This document shows positions 58,470-64,000 of a DNA stretch of 64,000 nt, piece by piece. Each line of letters starts with the position of its first letter. The first letter of the stretch is position 1. The notes beneath the pieces are model-generated. The model searched no databases and had not been told where the DNA came from. It was given only the letters and a program-made list of their open reading frames with translations. Source of the DNA: a virus. Lineage: Duplodnaviria; Caudoviricetes. The translations under genes were made by a program, and so were the position numbers. Location of the stretch: IMG/VR virus record IMGVR_UViG_3300013109_000495, positions 57,820 through 121,819 of that record. One strand, written 5' to 3'.

Positions 58470-59099
58470 TTAAAAAACTATATCTTTACCTTCTGACTTA
58501 TTACAATATTGCATATTCAAAACGAAATTTAACCCTGACGATTTAAAACAATGTGAATATGATTTTTGTTTTATTTTATGTTTAAAATTTGGTGCGAATT
58601 TGTCTAATGTTGTGTAATTTGTTAATTTTACATAATGTACCGGTGACTCATTAATATGCGTTGCTATGCTTGGTTCATTTTTGTGAATTGGTGTATAAGG
58701 TCTAATTGATTCTTTTTCAACATGAATTTTCTTTTTACCTAGGAACCAGTTTCCTTTATCTTTTGGTAGGAACCCTCCAAAATCATTTAAAGATTTATTT
58801 GCAATTTCGAAACTAGTAATCGATAATTCTTTATTTTTAAAGTGTTTTTTAAGACGTTTTTCTGTATATTTGTTTTCAACAGCCGCGTACATATGTTGAC
58901 TTATTGTTTTACCAGTTGATTTATGTGATGCTAAATTAACAAGAGCACTTGCCGCCTGATGCTCATATTTTCCAGTAGCTGTTGCTATTGCACCATTAAT
59001 TGAAAGACTACCTTCAAGGGTAGATACCAGTGGAAGACCCGAACATCCATTTAAAAACGTTACTAATAGTATTGCGCCTAATAACCGTTTCATAGTCAA
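58470..59099 (-). CDS. Putative lipoprotein
   Basis: MKRLLGAILLVTFLNGC lipobox. Confidence 0.65.
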   Translation of the reverse strand: MTMKRLLGAILLVTFLNGCSGLPLVSTLEGSLSINGAIATATGKYEHQAASALVNLASHKSTGKTISQHMYAAVENKYTEKRLKKHFKNKELSITSFEIANKSLNDFGGFLPKDKGNWFLGKKKIHVEKESIRPYTPIHKNEPSIATHINESPVHYVKLTNYTTLDKFAPNFKHKIKQKSYSHCFKSSGLNFVLNMQYCNKSEGKDIVF

Positions 59100-59136
59100 T
59101 TATTTAAACTCCTATTAAATTAGTTATAACTATATA

Positions 59137-59343
59137 TTACTCTGCAATTTGATTGCATTGTTCTTTTGTTGCCTTCAATCCATCTTCAGAATTAAATAAC
59201 CAAACATAAGAATAAACAACCTGATCCCCATCAATCACACACTTCTTACCATAAGAAAGTGTTGGATTTTTTACAGAACAAGCTGTTAGCAAAACAGTTG
59301 CAAATAATATAACAACTAATCTTTTTATAAATGTATTTATCAT
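59137..59343 (-). CDS. Putative lipoprotein
   Basis: KRLVVILFATVLLTAC lipobox. Confidence 0.7.
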   Translation of the reverse strand: MINTFIKRLVVILFATVLLTACSVKNPTLSYGKKCVIDGDQVVYSYVWLFNSEDGLKATKEQCNQIAE

Positions 59344-59411
59344 AATATACACACATAATAACACATATCACGATACAGTCAACCACGAAAAATAGCAAAT
59401 AATTAACAATA

Positions 59412-60458
59412 ATGCAACCATTTGAACAATCTCCTTACTGGAAAACCTTACAACCTATCATTGAGAGTGGAGCAATTCGGGCCGCTATTGACGGCGTTTA
59501 CAAATATCCTTATAGAATAAATTTATATCCTGGCGCTAGTTGTATGTTCAAATGTTTATATTGTGGACGAAATTATGATGCTGTTATAAAGAAAAGTGAA
59601 AATGTATACAAACAAATTATAGAACAAGACGATGGTAAAGATAAGAATCGATTCGGTATTACCGGAGGATTAGAGCCTCTTACCAGTCCTTACATTAATG
59701 ATATATGTAAAGATTTAGTTGATAAAGGATATAAATCTAGAATGATTACTAATGGTTTTTTATTAAATGATAAAATACTATCAAAAAATCCTTACATAAA
59801 TTCCTTAGATCATTTAAGAATATCTTTATATGGATTAGATAACGAAGAATACGTAGCAACGACCAGACATAACAAAGGGTGGCAAATTGTAAAAGAAAAC
59901 TTAACCAAGTATAATAAACGAGATGACAAAACTAAATTATTTTTAAACTATGTTCTATTACCAAAACATTTTGAAAATTTACAAAGCATTATAAATTATA
60001 TACAAGATATAGGCGGTACAAATAATTTGTCGTTAAGAGAAGACTATACATTCCAATATGAAATAAATGAACGAAATAAAATCCAGGATACACTATTGAC
60101 ATTTGACGAACGTATTAAAAAAATGAACACAACTGTTGATTACGGCTACGCTCTTCAAGACGCTATGAATGGTAAAGACACGCATCTAATGAGAGTAACC
60201 TATAATGAATTGAGTCCAAAACAAGCTCCACAAATAAAAATCTGTGTAGTTCCTAATGGTAACATTTATTCATACATGGCGGCTGGATTTCCGGATAGGC
60301 CGGGAGCATTACGTCATGCATTAGGTAATGTTAATAATAGTTCTATTGAACAAGAATTGAAGAAGCAAGTTGAGGTTGCACCTAGAGAAGATGATATGCA
60401 ATACTTAGATGCATACAATCATTTAATTTTAAAATATATTCATGAGAAAAGTTCCTAA
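59412..60458 (+). CDS. DesII-like radical SAM enzyme
   Basis: LYPGASCMFKCLYCGR, GGLEPLT, RISLYG..EEY..TT, LREDY and DYGYAL. Confidence 0.75.
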   Translation: MQPFEQSPYWKTLQPIIESGAIRAAIDGVYKYPYRINLYPGASCMFKCLYCGRNYDAVIKKSENVYKQIIEQDDGKDKNRFGITGGLEPLTSPYINDICKDLVDKGYKSRMITNGFLLNDKILSKNPYINSLDHLRISLYGLDNEEYVATTRHNKGWQIVKENLTKYNKRDDKTKLFLNYVLLPKHFENLQSIINYIQDIGGTNNLSLREDYTFQYEINERNKIQDTLLTFDERIKKMNTTVDYGYALQDAMNGKDTHLMRVTYNELSPKQAPQIKICVVPNGNIYSYMAAGFPDRPGALRHALGNVNNSSIEQELKKQVEVAPREDDMQYLDAYNHLILKYIHEKSS

Positions 60459-61674
60459 AACATATTGCCGAATGCCTTTTAAACAAGTTATTGTAGACAA
60501 ATCTGGCCTAATGAAATTTTGTTATTATAATTTTTTTCCATGGAGAACTAACGCAAAACACGACTATACTTTTCCTGACGATAAAAAACATATTAACGAT
60601 GTTGACGACATTAATGATTGGTTTCATGGTTCATATATGAACCAAGTGCGTAAATCAATGCTAGAAGGTAAACCTTTAAAAGAATGTATTGGTTGTTATC
60701 AATGTGAGGAACGCGGTGAACAATCAATTAGACAAGAAACTAATTACAAATATTTTGAAAAAAATAAAGATGAACCACTAGACAACGTCAAATTAGAAAC
60801 TTTAAACTTAAAATTTGGAAACAAATGTAACTTGAAATGTAAAATGTGTGACCCGTGGACTAGTAGTAAATTACAAACAGAGTGGGAAGAAATAGGTTGG
60901 GAATACAATGATCCAATTGTAAAAAGTTCAACTAAAGATAAAGTTGATTATAACTGGCCAACAAAAGAAAAAAATATTGAAAAATTAAAAGCCATGGCTA
61001 AACATTACAAACATATTCATTTCTCTGGTGGCGAACCACTATTACATAAAACGTTATTTGATTGGATGCAACATTGTATTGACAACAACTATGCAAAAAA
61101 TATTGATTTTGAGATTGTAACAAACGGAACAGTTATACCTCCTCAATTCATTACAATGGCTGAAAAGTTTAATTCTGTTGCAATAATTTTGGGTATAGAT
61201 GGTTTGGATAATACATTTAACTATATTAGATATCCCGGAAACTTTGATATTGTTGAACGGAACGCAAACTTTTATCATAACTGGTTAAGAAATAAACCTA
61301 ACTCTAGATTTACTATTAATTTTTGTTTACAAGTTTTTAATTTGCACCACCTTAGTAATTTTATAGAACGATATACTCCTCTTTGTATTAATTCTAAACC
61401 CGGAATAATTTACTTAGAAGATCCAGCTTATATGTCTTATAATCTATTAAATGCCAACGATATTAAACAACAAATAAAAAAATTATTAATATTAAAACAA
61501 TCATCTAACAACGAACCCATGAACGAAATTATACAAGAATGTTTAACTAAACTATCTACTACAAAACAAAACTGGGCCGGCTGGAAAGAATTAAAACAAT
61601 TTATTACAACGCAAGACAACCACAGGAGTATTAATATTGCAAATTATATTCCCGAACTAGCTCATTATTTTTAA
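60442..61674 (+). CDS. Twitch-domain radical SAM protein
   Basis: YCRMPF...CIGC; GNKCNLKCKMC, GGEP and YIRYP. Confidence 0.88.
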   Translation: MRKVPKTYCRMPFKQVIVDKSGLMKFCYYNFFPWRTNAKHDYTFPDDKKHINDVDDINDWFHGSYMNQVRKSMLEGKPLKECIGCYQCEERGEQSIRQETNYKYFEKNKDEPLDNVKLETLNLKFGNKCNLKCKMCDPWTSSKLQTEWEEIGWEYNDPIVKSSTKDKVDYNWPTKEKNIEKLKAMAKHYKHIHFSGGEPLLHKTLFDWMQHCIDNNYAKNIDFEIVTNGTVIPPQFITMAEKFNSVAIILGIDGLDNTFNYIRYPGNFDIVERNANFYHNWLRNKPNSRFTINFCLQVFNLHHLSNFIERYTPLCINSKPGIIYLEDPAYMSYNLLNANDIKQQIKKLLILKQSSNNEPMNEIIQECLTKLSTTKQNWAGWKELKQFITTQDNHRSINIANYIPELAHYF

Positions 61675-61675
61675 T

Positions 61676-62920
61676 ATGAAGGAAGTTTCTAAATCTTATT
61701 GTAGAGTACCATTTGATAGTATTACTGTTACGCCAACAGGACGTATGCAAATGTGTTGTGAGGCACAATGGACTGCTTTACTTTCAACAGAGAAAACTTC
61801 AATTAAAGATTTAGATAGTATTGACAAATGGTTTAACAGTGATTATCTTAACAACGTAAGAAAATCTATGTTAAAAGGTAAGCTATTACCTGAATGTGTA
61901 ACCTGTTATAAAAATGAAAAGCTATATGGTAGTTCTATTCGAACTGCTATTAATAAAGAATATTTTGCTAAAAATAATAATACAACAGAATACAGCATTA
62001 AAAAAGTAGATTTTAAACTCGGAAACAAATGTAATTTAAAATGTAAAATGTGTTTTCCTTATGCATCTAGTGAGCTTTGGAAAGAATGGAAAGCACTTGG
62101 ATGGAACAGTAAAGAAAAAGATCCAAACAAAGATACATCATGGAAATATTATGATGGATATTTTAAAGAAGACTATGCATGGCCAAAGAATAAAACCAAC
62201 ATGGACAAAATAAAAAAGGTAGCGGTAAAGAGTAAACTTATTCACGTTACTGGAGGTGAGCCAACATTAAATCCAGAGTTCTTTGATTTATTACGACATT
62301 GTATTGATACTGGCGTTGCAAAAAATATTATGCTCGACATTACTACCAATGCAACAAAAATTCATCCAAAATTTTTTGACATGGTACGACAATTCAAAAA
62401 ACTTGATCTTATTATTAGTATGGATGGTATTGATAAAACGTATGAGTATGTAAGATATCCAGCAGTATATAATACTGTCTACAAAAATATTTTAAAATAC
62501 AATGCGTTTGTAAAAACATTAAACAAAGATTCAACATTAAGATTTAATTTTGTATTACAAATGTGGAACATACACTCAACTCTAGATGTTATAAAAACAC
62601 TTACTCCTTTAGCTGTGAACGAAACACAAGTACCTGTAATGATTGAAGTTCTAAACGATCCACGTTTTATGCATTGGGATATTCTTCCAGAATGGTATAT
62701 TAAAAAAATTGTAGCAAATATTCACAAAGAGAAACAAGCAAACCACCCAGAATTAATTAGATATGGAATATTTGCTTTTGCTGAAAAACTTACAGCATAC
62801 AAAGAAAGAGACGTAACAGAACTTAAAAAACAGCTATTAGAGTTCACTACTATACAAGATAAACACAGAAGAATCAATTTAAAGGATTATATACCAAATT
62901 TGGAGTATTTTTTCCGATAA
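61676..62920 (+). CDS. Twitch-domain radical SAM protein, tandem paralog
   Basis: YCRVPF..CC...CVTC; GNKCNLKCKMC, GGEP and YVRYP. Confidence 0.88.
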   Translation: MKEVSKSYCRVPFDSITVTPTGRMQMCCEAQWTALLSTEKTSIKDLDSIDKWFNSDYLNNVRKSMLKGKLLPECVTCYKNEKLYGSSIRTAINKEYFAKNNNTTEYSIKKVDFKLGNKCNLKCKMCFPYASSELWKEWKALGWNSKEKDPNKDTSWKYYDGYFKEDYAWPKNKTNMDKIKKVAVKSKLIHVTGGEPTLNPEFFDLLRHCIDTGVAKNIMLDITTNATKIHPKFFDMVRQFKKLDLIISMDGIDKTYEYVRYPAVYNTVYKNILKYNAFVKTLNKDSTLRFNFVLQMWNIHSTLDVIKTLTPLAVNETQVPVMIEVLNDPRFMHWDILPEWYIKKIVANIHKEKQANHPELIRYGIFAFAEKLTAYKERDVTELKKQLLEFTTIQDKHRRINLKDYIPNLEYFFR

Positions 62921-62952
62921 ATACGCACATATATAATTGAAGGAGGAATACT

Positions 62953-63066
62953 ATGTTTTTTACATTAGGATTAATTATAGGATTTGTTCTAGGATGGTGG
63001 GTTAATGAGAAAGTTGAAAATCTCGCTGACAAGGTAAATCCTTTGAATTGGTTCAAGAAAAAATAA
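62953..63066 (+). CDS. 37-aa membrane peptide (not in ORF track)
   Basis: AGGAGG SD; MFFTLGLIIGFVLGWWVNEKVENLADKVNPLNWFKKK*. Confidence 0.7.
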   Translation: MFFTLGLIIGFVLGWWVNEKVENLADKVNPLNWFKKK

Positions 63067-63078
63067 GGAGAAAACGTT

Positions 63079-63252
63079 ATGCTAGAAGAACTAAAAAACT
63101 GGATCTTTAGTATTGCTAGAGATTTCATTGATGGTGCAACTGCTGGTGCAGGAGAACTATGTGATGAAACTGTCGAAACTGCAGGTACAATTTGCGATGA
63201 AACTAAAAAAGCAAATGCCAATTTCGTAAAAGCAATCATGGACAGTGTATAA
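63079..63252 (+). CDS. 57-aa peptide with repeated AGxxCDET (not in ORF track)
   Basis: AAGGAG SD; MLEELKNWIFSIARDFIDGATAGAGELCDETVETAGTICDETKKANANFVKAIMDSV*. Confidence 0.7.
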   Translation: MLEELKNWIFSIARDFIDGATAGAGELCDETVETAGTICDETKKANANFVKAIMDSV

Positions 63253-63279
63253 TAGTAAGTAACAGAAGGAGAAAACTAT

Positions 63280-63441
63280 ATGTGGAAACCAAATCTTAAA
63301 GGACTTACTGATAAAGTTAAACAAGCAGGATCAAAAACTGCTGGCTTTGGTAAGGGTCTCGGAACTAAGGCTAAAAATCTTGGTAAAAGTTCTGTAGGTA
63401 GAGTTAAAAGACTAAATCCGTTTAAAAAAAATAAGGAGTAG
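63280..63441 (+). CDS. 53-aa Lys/Gly-rich cationic peptide (not in ORF track)
   Basis: AAGGAG SD; MWKPNLKGLTDKVKQAGSKTAGFGKGLGTKAKNLGKSSVGRVKRLNPFKKNKE*. Confidence 0.7.
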   Translation: MWKPNLKGLTDKVKQAGSKTAGFGKGLGTKAKNLGKSSVGRVKRLNPFKKNKE

Positions 63442-63444
63442 TTT

Positions 63445-63669
63445 ATGTGGAAGTGGCTAGAAAAGTTAGTCGGTGTAAACGACGAACCTTTGGTTTTAAC
63501 TAAAGAAATCAAACGTGCAAGAACAAAAAAAGGTAGATACAAAGGCGACGATAAATCTACAGACGATTATAATGAAGCATGGGTAGGTGGTAAAGCGCCT
63601 AAAAAAAGAGTATATAAAATAAAAGGCAAAAAATACGTGCTCAAAAAAAGAATTAAAACAAATAAATGA
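63445..63669 (+). CDS. Basic hypothetical protein
   Basis: AAGGAG SD; RARTKKGRYKGDDKST...NEAW. Confidence 0.7.
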   Translation: MWKWLEKLVGVNDEPLVLTKEIKRARTKKGRYKGDDKSTDDYNEAWVGGKAPKKRVYKIKGKKYVLKKRIKTNK

Positions 63670-63818
63670 AAATAAGCGACCAAACTTCTATATCAATGCC
63701 AATGAGAAACTTGCTGTCTATTGTGGCGGCAGTTGCGGTAGGAGTTTGGGCAGACACGAAAAAGCATACAGAGAAAAGAAATCCTGGGAATAACACATCA
63801 TTAAGTACTACTATATGA
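63666..63818 (+). CDS. Small membrane ORF, possibly a truncated remnant
   Basis: ATGA overlap; MKISDQTSISMPMRNLLSIVAAVAVGVWA followed by a featureless tail. Confidence 0.4.
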   Translation: MKISDQTSISMPMRNLLSIVAAVAVGVWADTKKHTEKRNPGNNTSLSTTI

Positions 63819-64000
63819 AGGAAGAGAACAAAGTACCATTGTTAGCGGTAGCAATATTAATAGTTTTCTTATTACTATGTGTTGCTTGTACAAAAACAAA
63901 TAAAACTTTTATATTGGACCCTACAATTACATATCCCGAAGAAAGAAATGTATTAGTTGCAGTACCGATAATTTCTGTTGACATTATTCCTCTAGAATAA
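63815..64000 (+). CDS. Putative lipoprotein/membrane protein
   Basis: Hydrophobic stretch followed by CVAC; TAAGTA 7 nt upstream. Confidence 0.5.
   Translation: MKEENKVPLLAVAILIVFLLLCVACTKTNKTFILDPTITYPEERNVLVAVPIISVDIIPLE

Noticed and set aside
62874-63542. Minus-strand ORFs 62874-63239 and 63276-63542
   Set aside because: The plus strand carries SD-led small ORFs that tile the region better.
1-64000. Stop-codon reassignment
   Set aside because: Core genes are full length in the standard code, TAA/TAG/TGA all occur as stops, and there is no suppressor tRNA.

Overview
This window is a strongly AT-rich, gene-dense segment of a large T4-related myovirus genome, not a cellular chromosome. The host is probably a marine alphaproteobacterium such as SAR11; this is inferred from the FdxA, CspA and TRAP-DctP homologues and the base composition. 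The order of modules is: neck, tail and packaging genes (gp15/gp14/gp13-like, 1141-aa sheath, tube, gp4, TerS, TerL; 1-17 kb); gp32-UvsX-UvsY (19-22 kb); a ~13-kb glycan-modification island (22.5-35.9 kb); a replication block (UvsW, clamp-loader-like subunit, a 196-aa DnaE-like catalytic core, primase, helicase; 36-47 kb); and a second accessory island (47-64 kb). Seven radical SAM genes occur in the window, five of them in that last island, which also has oxygenase-like, sulfotransferase-like and SGNH-like genes, three tRNAs, lipoproteins and unannotated small peptides. Best leads: (1) the minimal DnaE core; (2) the radical SAM expansion, including a DesII-like enzyme, alongside tiny Cys-patterned peptides; (3) apparently inactive HNH and Hint-like proteins, the HNH beside a perfect 15-bp inverted repeat; (4) pervasive promoter-box/ATG spacing that suggests leaderless mRNAs and nested starts; (5) a GCGTAAA repeat cluster around a GCGAAGC mini-hairpin. 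All calls come from motif reading by eye; no database search was run.
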